A stretch of 34,052 nucleotides of DNA from Patescibacteria group bacterium. Lineage in GTDB: Bacteria; Patescibacteriota; Gracilibacteria; UM-FILTER-43-11. The position numbers were made by a program, and so were the translations under genes. Every line of letters starts with the position of its first letter. Within the stretch, counting starts at the first letter, position 1. The stretch is taken from assembly GCA_043800105.1 (NCBI GenBank), contig JAZDNJ010000047.1:1-34052 (forward strand). Direction: 5' to 3'. Positions 16,527 to 24,002 of the stretch are shown here, piece after piece. The notes under the pieces were generated by a model. That model searched no databases. It had not been told where the DNA came from and worked only from the letters and a program-made list of their open reading frames with translations.

Positions 16527-16976
16527 ATGAAAAAAGATGTGAAGCGGATCAAATATATGTCGGCCGAAGGGATTCCGGTTGTGGTAATTACTAACAAAGA
16601 TGGGAAACAAGATATAAAGGCCTATACTTCCACTGGTAGTTATGATTTTTCGCCTTTTGCCCTATTTAAATGGGGAAGCCGAATTTGCAAGGAGGAATAT
16701 GATGATTTGGTAAGGCGCATTGGTTATGAGAGTGAGCTTGCGATACTAAAATCGGCGGAAAAGAAGACTGTAAAAGATAAAGCTAAAATTAAGAAGATCA
16801 CACAATTTATGCAGGGGGTAGTAGAGAAACAACTGAATGGTCATTACAACAGAATTAGTTTGAGCGAGGAATTAGCTGAGCTGGAAGCGATTCACAAAAA
16901 AACGCCCAAAATAATTGTTAGAATGGAGGAAATACAAAAGTATTTAAGAGAAGATAGAAAAAAAAAGAACAACTAG
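16527..16976 (+). CDS. Hypothetical 149-aa cytoplasmic protein, a candidate cognate immunity/antitoxin protein
   Basis: Its ATG lies 3 nt after the toxin-like ORF's stop codon. It shares the same AT-rich composition. It has no signal peptide or TM helix and no motif I recognise. Confidence 0.4.
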   Translation: MKKDVKRIKYMSAEGIPVVVITNKDGKQDIKAYTSTGSYDFSPFALFKWGSRICKEEYDDLVRRIGYESELAILKSAEKKTVKDKAKIKKITQFMQGVVEKQLNGHYNRISLSEELAELEAIHKKTPKIIVRMEEIQKYLREDRKKKNN

Positions 16977-16999
16977 TAGTTTCTATAATCCACTATTAT

Positions 17000-17848
17000 A
17001 TGATCCGAATCATCTTTGGCATCCTAATCCTGATCGGCTTAGCCAACCAATTCATAGTTATGAAGGCGCCCACTTTTGACAACGTAGCCGAGATGCAGGG
17101 CTACGTAGCAGCGAAGATAGCTTTCCTGGTCTTGGCTATCTGGCTTATTTCTTCGGGCATCAAAAAAAGAAGGGCAAAGCAAGGTAAAACCGAGGAAAAG
17201 TCAAAGATGGGAATGATTGACTTCTTCAAGTCATATTTCGGCGGATACAAGGCCTTTCTGCATAAAAATATCGAGCTTAAAAAACCACCCTACTGGCTTT
17301 TAGTCATTTGGTTCTACGGGGTTGTCAGGGTACTTGTCAGGCTCGATTCGTCGGTGGCCGGAATAGGGTTTAATTTTAATATCCAGGGCTGGTTCGATTT
17401 GTGGGTAACATCTCTGGTTCTTGGCGCGGTCATCGGTTTTATTGGTTACTGGCTGGTGGGTTCCATTTTCCATCTGGGAGTCCTTTTGGCAGGCGGTCAC
17501 AAAAAGGCCAAAACGTCCCGCATGATTTTCATTTATTCCGGAATTCCTCACACAATTGCGGTGATGGCATTGTTTTTTGTCGGCATGCTGGCACTACGGG
17601 AAAATTACTTCTTAAACGGCGGTTTGGATCCAAGGTGGTTTTATATTTCGGGAGCCGCTTCATTTTATTCCATTGTTCTGGGGTACATTGGGGCAGTGGA
17701 GGTTCAGAAAACCAAAAAGATCCGCAGTATTCTGCTTTTTCTGGTAGTTCCGATTGCGCTTTACGCCTCTATTTACCTTTATTCATACGCTCAGTCGCAG
17801 GCAGACTACAAACAGATGATGCAGTCGATTCAGACGGAGGAGCAATAA
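17000..17848 (+). CDS. Polytopic membrane protein, Yip1-domain-like
   Basis: It has about 6 hydrophobic helices. The segment SIFHLGVLLAGGHKKAKTSRMIFIYSGIPHTIAVMALF resembles the Yip1/DUF1282 signature (h..a.l.GG.g....t.....Ys..P). Confidence 0.45.
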   Translation: MIRIIFGILILIGLANQFIVMKAPTFDNVAEMQGYVAAKIAFLVLAIWLISSGIKKRRAKQGKTEEKSKMGMIDFFKSYFGGYKAFLHKNIELKKPPYWLLVIWFYGVVRVLVRLDSSVAGIGFNFNIQGWFDLWVTSLVLGAVIGFIGYWLVGSIFHLGVLLAGGHKKAKTSRMIFIYSGIPHTIAVMALFFVGMLALRENYFLNGGLDPRWFYISGAASFYSIVLGYIGAVEVQKTKKIRSILLFLVVPIALYASIYLYSYAQSQADYKQMMQSIQTEEQ

Positions 17849-17871
17849 AAATTTGCGGTTCTCAAATACAT

Positions 17872-17900
17872 TTGACAGTCGGTCAACAAAATAATAGAAT
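17872..17900 (+). promoter_or_regulatory. Canonical sigma70-like promoter for the minor-pilin / module 2 operon
   Basis: TTGACA (17872-17877), a 17-nt spacer, then TAGAAT (17895-17900). It lies 22 nt upstream of GTG 17923. Confidence 0.6.
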
Positions 17901-17922
17901 AAACCCCATTTATTCCCTTTTC

Positions 17923-18438
17923 GTGAAGCTTTCGATCTTAAAACAATTACGAAGCCATGGGGGATTCACCTTTGTAGAGAGTCTGATCACTTTCAGTATC
18001 GTCGGGATCTTTTTAGCTCTTACATGGGCGACCGTAAACTTCCTGCTGATTAAAACCAACGAACAGATTGTCAGAACGCGGGCCCATTTTTTGGCGGTAG
18101 AGGGGATTGAGCTCCTCAAACAGATCCGCCAGACCGCCGTGAACGAGAATCGCGAGACCGGCTTCTATTCATCCATCGGAAGCAGGGATGGTCACTATAT
18201 TCTGGAGGCAAAGGGCGAAGGTTTTGACCTGGCCGAAGGCGCGAACGAACAGATTGTCATGGAAGATGAGCCATATACTACCTATTGCCGGACGGTTGAG
18301 GTCACCGGCTCGGGTGAAAGCGTGAAACAGGTATCCGTTGAAGTCCGATGGGGCGAAGCAACCGATTGCAGTCTGGGAGAGGAAATCATTGCTTACAGTA
18401 CTTACTTAGCCGATTTGGTTCATGAAAATAACGGGTAA
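17923..18438 (+). CDS. Prepilin-type minor pilin / pseudopilin
   Basis: It has the N-terminus VKLSILKQLRSHGG|FTFVESLITFSIVGIFLAL, with Glu5. Only a GTG start (17923) is available in frame. The tracked ORF 17401-18438 upstream of this point overlaps the Yip1-like gene and is discounted. Confidence 0.75.
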   Translation: MKLSILKQLRSHGGFTFVESLITFSIVGIFLALTWATVNFLLIKTNEQIVRTRAHFLAVEGIELLKQIRQTAVNENRETGFYSSIGSRDGHYILEAKGEGFDLAEGANEQIVMEDEPYTTYCRTVEVTGSGESVKQVSVEVRWGEATDCSLGEEIIAYSTYLADLVHENNG

Positions 18439-19087
18439 AAAACCTGCCGGCTTCACGCTGATGGAACTCATCATCGTTATCGGATTCTTCGCTTTCATTT
18501 CAGCCATCATCATGCAGAACCTCTTTGCCGTCTATCACTTCAAAGAGGTCATCCGCTACAAAAAGGACATCAATTTCGAAGCCAGCAGCGTGCTGAACAA
18601 CGGCATGGCGGGGATAATCCGTTCCGGATTCGCCATCAACTACGCCGAAACACAGATCGACAATAGCGTTCAGCCTACCGAAGGCATGCAGAGCAAAACA
18701 GATCAAATCTCCATTTTTACAGACCGTGCCGAAACCCAGTACTTTACCATTTATCGCGCACCCTACAGCGAAGCGGGTAATTACGACGGGGATGTCGCCC
18801 AGATGATGATCCGCTTCAGCAACGGTGAAACTTTCCCGCTTCACTCCTCCGAAACCGTCGTTGAGGACTTCGATGTCATTGTTCCTTCCGACCCCCGTTC
18901 CGCCGGAGATCCGGATTTACAGCCATACGTCACACTGTACCTGCGCGTCCGGCATCGCTACCCCTTCGGGGAAGCAGCTGCCGAAGAAACCCAGATGGCC
19001 TACAGGAATGTCAGGGCCTCGTACCGCACCACTTACAGCCTGCGCAATACGGTTCCAAGTAGTTATAAAACCCCGTCCGAAACTTAA
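18422..19087 (+). CDS. Prepilin-type minor pilin / pseudopilin
   Basis: It has the N-terminus MKITGKKPAG|FTLMELIIVIGFFAFISAII. It overlaps the preceding gene by 17 nt, which suggests translational coupling. Confidence 0.8.
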   Translation: MKITGKKPAGFTLMELIIVIGFFAFISAIIMQNLFAVYHFKEVIRYKKDINFEASSVLNNGMAGIIRSGFAINYAETQIDNSVQPTEGMQSKTDQISIFTDRAETQYFTIYRAPYSEAGNYDGDVAQMMIRFSNGETFPLHSSETVVEDFDVIVPSDPRSAGDPDLQPYVTLYLRVRHRYPFGEAAAEETQMAYRNVRASYRTTYSLRNTVPSSYKTPSET

Positions 19088-19102
19088 TTGTTAACCCCGT
19101 TT

Positions 19103-20275
19103 ATGTCTAAAGCCAAACGATACAATTTTAGTACCATCCTGCTTGCCTCATTTATCGCTTTCTTTGTCCTGCTTTACGTCATTGTCCAGCTGGTCGTGCT
19201 CCGTCCGCTCAAAAACGATTTTGAAACAGGTCAGAAGAAGATCGACACGCTAAAGGCGGCGCAGGAAGACCAAACCGAGCTTCTTGATCAGATCAATACC
19301 TACCGTGATGGTCTTTATGCGCTGAATTTGGTGCTGGAGGCACGAAAAAACGTCATCAGCGGTTCCGATGAGGAGAGCCCCTACCTGGTTTATGATTTTA
19401 ATCAGCTTCTCAATGATCTGAGACGCCTGCTTCCCCGTGATGCAAGGGTTACCAAATTCCAGATCAGCAACAAAGGATTGGTAACGCTTCCGGTGGAATC
19501 GATCGACTACGCGTCACTGGGCCGCGTTCTTAAAAGTTTTAAGGATTCCGAGCTTTTCACAGAAGTCAAAATACCTTCCGGAGCTCAGCGCGTGCCAAGA
19601 CAGGTCGATAGCGGATGGGGGCGTTATTTTGAGTATATCTACGGCTTCACTCTGCAGGCCGCCCTTGATCCAGTTTTCTGGCAAAACCCCATGCCATTCC
19701 CGGACGTTGATTCGCGTGCCTATTACGCGCAGGCCATTCGCGATCTGGTCATAGCGGGCACCATCGAAGGATACCCTGATGGTTACTTCCGTCCCGATCA
19801 GTCGGTGAATCGCGCCGAGTTCTTTAAAGTAGCCCTCTTTGAATTTCTTTCAAACGACACCATCAGCATCGGCGACTACAAAAAGTACATCGATCTTTCC
19901 GAAAAAGACTGGCATTACCAGTATATTCAGCTGGCCAGTAAAATGGGCATTGCCGAGGGGGACAACATCGGACGTTTCCACCCCGATCAGCCCATTAGCC
20001 GAATAGAAGCCTTAACGACACTACTGACCATCTTCGACATCGATACCAGTGAACCGGCGCCCGAATTCGATGAAAACGGAGAAGAGATTAAAGCTAAAGA
20101 ATTCGCCCTGCCGTTCAAGGATGTTGATTCCGGTAGTAAATATTATCGTATTATCAGGGCGGCCATAGCAAAGGGGCTTCTGGACAACATGGGAAACGCC
20201 TTTGAAGCCGAAAAATCAGTGACTCGCGCCGAAATTGCTTACTGGACCTGGAAGCTAAAATTTGATTACCTCTAA
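19103..20275 (+). CDS. PilN/PilO-like bitopic protein fused to three C-terminal SLH domains
   Basis: A TM helix (ILLASFIAFFVLLYVIVQLVVL) is followed by a coiled coil and an alpha/beta domain (RVTKFQISNKGLVTLPVESIDYASLGRVLKSFKDSELF). Three SLH-like repeats then follow: FPDVDSRAYYAQAIRDLVIAGTIEGYPDGYFRPDQSVNRAEFFKVAL, DLSEKDWHYQYIQLASKMGIAEGDNIGRFHPDQPISRIEALTTLL and FKDVDSGSKYYRIIRAAIAKGLL...KSVTRAEIAYWTW. The start is ATG 19103, with TTG 19088 as an alternative. Confidence 0.6.
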   Translation: MSKAKRYNFSTILLASFIAFFVLLYVIVQLVVLRPLKNDFETGQKKIDTLKAAQEDQTELLDQINTYRDGLYALNLVLEARKNVISGSDEESPYLVYDFNQLLNDLRRLLPRDARVTKFQISNKGLVTLPVESIDYASLGRVLKSFKDSELFTEVKIPSGAQRVPRQVDSGWGRYFEYIYGFTLQAALDPVFWQNPMPFPDVDSRAYYAQAIRDLVIAGTIEGYPDGYFRPDQSVNRAEFFKVALFEFLSNDTISIGDYKKYIDLSEKDWHYQYIQLASKMGIAEGDNIGRFHPDQPISRIEALTTLLTIFDIDTSEPAPEFDENGEEIKAKEFALPFKDVDSGSKYYRIIRAAIAKGLLDNMGNAFEAEKSVTRAEIAYWTWKLKFDYL

Positions 20276-20286
20276 ACTAATTCTTT

Positions 20287-21057
20287 ATGTCACAAGAAAA
20301 GCAGATGCCCGATTTTGACATCCCTGGTGTCGCTGACTCAGAAGAGCCAATAAAGCTGGGAAGAATCGATCGCTTTCAGCACTGGCTGATTGCCTGGACC
20401 GAAAAGAAGTTTGGCAAAGATTCCCGCGTACCAAAGTTCCTGAAATCGCTTGAACCAAGAAAGAGGGACAAAACGCTTGATGTTCTGACTCAGCTGAAAA
20501 ACGAAGGTTCCGCGCTGGAGCGCACAAATCTTCTTCTGATGATTATTCTGATTATTGTGCTGGTCTTCACCTGGAAAAAGATGCCTGTGGTGCTGGCGGA
20601 AGTGGACCAGTATAGGAACGATTTGAATGAGCAGGAACAGGTCATCAAGATGGAACAGCAGAACAACGACTTTTTGGAAAAAATGGCGGAGGACAAAAAC
20701 GCGCTGACAGAAAATATTCACAAGGTCTACGCGGCTGTTCCAGATTCCGACGAAAAAGCCGAAGAGGTGATGTCGATGCTGGAAGACATCGCCGCCAAAA
20801 ACCACATCGTCATCGACGCCATCGGCATCCGAAAGGTTTCCGAATCGCAGGTCAATTATGACGATTTAATCGGCGTAGTGGACGTGTACGAATATACCTT
20901 CACGCTTGAAAGCAATTTACCTCATATTCTTAGTTTTATCGGCGCCCTGCGGAATTCCCTGCGCCTCATGGACATCATGACTCTTGAGATCGAGGAGGGT
21001 AAGACTGGCTATCGGGCCACCTTTACCTTGCACGCTTACCATTTAGCCGAAATCTAA
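20287..21057 (+). CDS. PilO-like bitopic pilus assembly protein
   Basis: It has one TM helix (LLLMIILIIVLVFTW) and a coiled coil (QYRNDLNEQEQVIKMEQQNNDFLEKMAEDK). The C-terminal domain ends LRLMDIMTLEIEEGKTGYRATFTLHAYHL. Confidence 0.45.
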   Translation: MSQEKQMPDFDIPGVADSEEPIKLGRIDRFQHWLIAWTEKKFGKDSRVPKFLKSLEPRKRDKTLDVLTQLKNEGSALERTNLLLMIILIIVLVFTWKKMPVVLAEVDQYRNDLNEQEQVIKMEQQNNDFLEKMAEDKNALTENIHKVYAAVPDSDEKAEEVMSMLEDIAAKNHIVIDAIGIRKVSESQVNYDDLIGVVDVYEYTFTLESNLPHILSFIGALRNSLRLMDIMTLEIEEGKTGYRATFTLHAYHLAEI

Positions 21058-21067
21058 CCGATTCACC

Positions 21068-21328
21068 ATGATCAATATCATTCGAAAAGCAACCATTGCC
21101 CTCTCGGTCGTTCTGATTATTTTTCTGGGCTACCAGGCATTTTTTAATAACACGGCCAAAGCCTGGAAGAATTACAGTCAGCCCCAGCTGGCGGCTTACA
21201 CCAGTCTGGAGCAGGATGAGGAAATTCTGAAAGAACTCGATCGTCAGACGCGCTATAATACCTATAAACCGCTTGATCCGGCTTACTTTGTAAAACCCAA
21301 TATTTTTCAGACCATCGAACGAAACTAA
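21068..21328 (+). CDS. Small single-pass membrane protein (86 aa) of unknown function
   Basis: It has an N-terminal TM helix (ATIALSVVLIIFLGYQAFF). Its TAA stop overlaps the ATG of pilC2 by 1 nt. Confidence 0.4.
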   Translation: MINIIRKATIALSVVLIIFLGYQAFFNNTAKAWKNYSQPQLAAYTSLEQDEEILKELDRQTRYNTYKPLDPAYFVKPNIFQTIERN

Positions 21329-22587
21329 TGTACATTTTCTTAGTAAAAGTCAGGGATGCTTTCGGGGCCTCGAAACAGGTCGAGATTAGCGCTGCCACAC
21401 CTCAGGAGGCCATCAAAATGCTGTCTGACGAGGGCTTTTACGCGGAACTCAGCGATATTCTTAAGGCACGTCGGGACAGCTGGCTGGGCAAATTACAGAA
21501 GATCGATTTTTCATCATTCTTTTCCAGAGTTCCGCAAAAAGATGTGCTTCGGCTCGTTAAAATCATCGGTAATTCTCTCGATCGTGGCCGAACGCTTAAG
21601 TCCACGCTGGATTTCGTCGGCGAGAATGAGGACAGTAAGCCCCTCAAAAAACTCATCCAGGGATTGCGGGAGCAAATGGATAAGGCTTTCAGCTCTCAAA
21701 TTGAAATTTTCAGCGCTTTTCCCCAGTATTTCGATGAAGAATTTCTTGGAATCATCGAGGCCGGTGAAACTTCCTCTAATCTGGGAAAATATTTACTGGA
21801 TTTTGTGGAAGAAAAAAAACGCCAGATCAGTCTGAACACTAAATTCAGGGCGGTGCTCATCAAACGTCTGACCACCCTGGTGATCGTGGTGATGGTGGCC
21901 ATCGTCGTGGTCATTTTTGTTATTCCGCAGTTCAAAGTACTTTTTGGTGAAGCCCTCGAGATTCCCTGGGGCATGCAGCTTTTAATGAATATCTCGGATG
22001 CTTTTAAAAATTTCGGCCCGATCATTCTGATGGTCGTCGGTCTGGGTATTGCCACTTTTTACTATTTGGTCGTACACAACGACAATGTCCGCTGGTGGTG
22101 GCACAATTTTTTGCTTCACATGCCGGTTCTGGGTAAAACACTCCGCACCTATTACACGGCACAGTTCACTTACTTGCTTTCCACCCTGCTCACCAAGAAT
22201 GTGGACATTATCAAGTCGATGAATATCATCATTCGCCAAAGCAGAAACGTGTGCATAAAAAAGACCTGCAAAAATATCATCAGCTCCATGCAAGGGGGTG
22301 ACGACCTTTTTAAGGCCATCATCAAAGAACATGAAGAAGAAAGGGATTATCTGGTTCCGGCCATTGTGCAGGCGGCCAAAGTGGGTACGGCAACCGCCAG
22401 TCTGGGGGCTACCCTGATGGACGTTCGGGATGATCTGGAGGAGCTTTTTACCACCCGCCTGGAACGCGCCATCAAGGTTTTCAGCGCTTTTTTCTATCTT
22501 TTTATCGTGGGTTTTGCCGTTTTTCTGGCCTACGCCATTGCCAGCGCCATTTTAGTCTTCTACGAAAACGCCCAGCAGTTGATTTAA
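21328..22587 (+). CDS. pilC: Second type IV pilus platform protein of the PilC/GspF family
   Basis: The N-terminal domain (VRDAFGASKQVEISAATPQEAIKMLSDEGFY) is followed by a T2SSF repeat carrying FPQYFDEEFLGIIEAGETSSNLGKYL. There are multiple TM segments and a second repeat. Confidence 0.85.
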   Translation: MYIFLVKVRDAFGASKQVEISAATPQEAIKMLSDEGFYAELSDILKARRDSWLGKLQKIDFSSFFSRVPQKDVLRLVKIIGNSLDRGRTLKSTLDFVGENEDSKPLKKLIQGLREQMDKAFSSQIEIFSAFPQYFDEEFLGIIEAGETSSNLGKYLLDFVEEKKRQISLNTKFRAVLIKRLTTLVIVVMVAIVVVIFVIPQFKVLFGEALEIPWGMQLLMNISDAFKNFGPIILMVVGLGIATFYYLVVHNDNVRWWWHNFLLHMPVLGKTLRTYYTAQFTYLLSTLLTKNVDIIKSMNIIIRQSRNVCIKKTCKNIISSMQGGDDLFKAIIKEHEEERDYLVPAIVQAAKVGTATASLGATLMDVRDDLEELFTTRLERAIKVFSAFFYLFIVGFAVFLAYAIASAILVFYENAQQLI

Positions 22588-22588
22588 A

Positions 22589-22618
22589 TTTTCAGAAACG
22601 CCGTCTATACACTATAAT
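22589..22618 (+). promoter_or_regulatory. Possible internal promoter upstream of pilin 2
   Basis: TTTTCA (22589-22594), an 18-nt spacer, then the consensus TATAAT (22613-22618). It lies 38 nt upstream of ATG 22657. Confidence 0.4.
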
Positions 22619-22656
22619 AAAAGCCAGTTTCACATCATTCATTAATCCAACTATTT

Positions 22657-23262
22657 ATGAAGAAGCAACTTCGGGCCCTCAAAAATAATACGGCTGGTTT
22701 CACTTTCGTGGAACTGCTGGTGGTTATTGTGATTATGGCGGTACTGGTGGCGTCAACGGCCAACTACTTGTTTTCGCAAGGCGGTTCAAAGGCACGCGAC
22801 ATCGAAAGAAAAAATGACATGAAGCAGGTGGCTGCCCTACTTGAACAGTTTAATTCTTCTTACGGTGAGCCTCCAAGTTCCGAAGTTAAAAACAGAAAAA
22901 TTAAGGACCGGGCTCCGGATTGTGAGGGTGTGGGTGATTACAAATTACTGATGAAATGTTTCAAGTCCCTTAAGTATGCTCAGGCAGACGGTTTGGCCAG
23001 CATGGCGGAAGACCCCAAGGAAGGAATCGAGAATGATGGAGGAAATGAATATCGCTACCTATACGGAGCTGACAATAACGGCTGGAAGGTCTGCGCGCTT
23101 CTCGAAAACCAGACCGATCCCGATCTGAACGATAGCTACGAAGGCTCAGGTACCTACGGAGACGAGGGAGGCAGGACTTACTGCGTTGTTTCGTCAAACC
23201 GAAAACTCAGTGATATTGACTCAGTAGAAGCCGGTTCGGATGAAAGTTATCTGGAGGAATAA
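22657..23262 (+). CDS. Type IV pilin / GspG-like major pilin (module 2)
   Basis: It has the N-terminus MKKQLRALKNNTAG|FTFVELLVVIVIMAVLVA. It also has a GspG-like motif (GGSKARDIERKNDMKQVAALLEQFNSSYGEPP). Confidence 0.85.
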   Translation: MKKQLRALKNNTAGFTFVELLVVIVIMAVLVASTANYLFSQGGSKARDIERKNDMKQVAALLEQFNSSYGEPPSSEVKNRKIKDRAPDCEGVGDYKLLMKCFKSLKYAQADGLASMAEDPKEGIENDGGNEYRYLYGADNNGWKVCALLENQTDPDLNDSYEGSGTYGDEGGRTYCVVSSNRKLSDIDSVEAGSDESYLEE

Positions 23263-23343
23263 AGGGCACCAAGACAAATACAAAATAAGGAATGATGATT
23301 CAAAGAAGAATCTTTTCCGTTTTATTTGTCAGCCAGCACTTTC

Positions 23344-24000
23344 ATGAAGTCCGTACGCGCTAATGCAGGTTTCACTCTCGTCGAACTAATCATCGTAATG
23401 GCGATTATGGGTTTGCTTTTAGCAATGTCAGCCCCTTTTGTGTCGGCCACCCGCTCGGATATTTCCATGAGCCGTACCATTCGGGTGATTAAAACGGATC
23501 TGATGACGAATCTTGGTTACGCGCTCGCAGGCAAGTCCATCGGGGCCCTTTCCGCCGATGCGCTTTTGGACCCGGAACAGATTCCCAGTCACTATGCCCT
23601 TTATTTTCAGAAAATGGATGACTATGGCGGAGGGGTGCCTTATTCCTACCTTGAATTTCATCCGCTCGAAGACGGAAAGAATGTTAAAGTGAGCTATATG
23701 ATCGAAAAAGAATGGCCTTCTTCAGACGTATACCTAAAAGAAATCCGTCTGAGCAAAGATGACGGGTCGGCAGGCAAAACGGTTGATTCAGGTCTGATTT
23801 TTTTTACTGCTCCTTTTGGGAAGATCAATTTTGTTTCGGGAATAAAGTCCCTGGCGGAAGGCGACATGCTGAATCTGAAAGAGGCGTTTCTGAGTGAGGC
23901 CGACTACAAAGAAATCGAACTTGTTCTTCAGTACAAAAATGAGGAATTAAGTGAAACAACCCTCAGTTTTAGTGTCGATAAATATATCAACGTGTTTTAA
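23344..24000 (+). CDS. Prepilin-type minor pilin
   Basis: It has the N-terminus MKSVRANAG|FTLVELIIVMAIMGLLLA. The start is ATG 23344, and the ORF track uses TTG 23326. Confidence 0.8.
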   Translation: MKSVRANAGFTLVELIIVMAIMGLLLAMSAPFVSATRSDISMSRTIRVIKTDLMTNLGYALAGKSIGALSADALLDPEQIPSHYALYFQKMDDYGGGVPYSYLEFHPLEDGKNVKVSYMIEKEWPSSDVYLKEIRLSKDDGSAGKTVDSGLIFFTAPFGKINFVSGIKSLAEGDMLNLKEAFLSEADYKEIELVLQYKNEELSETTLSFSVDKYINVF

Positions 24001-24002
24001 TT

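Noticed and set aside
17401-17922. The 5' part of the 345-aa tracked ORF (17401-18438)
   Set aside because: It overlaps the Yip1-like membrane protein gene (17000-17848) in another frame and translates to Gly/Ser/Arg-rich sequence with no protein-like features. A canonical promoter at 17872-17900 and a prepilin leader starting at GTG 17923 define the real gene.
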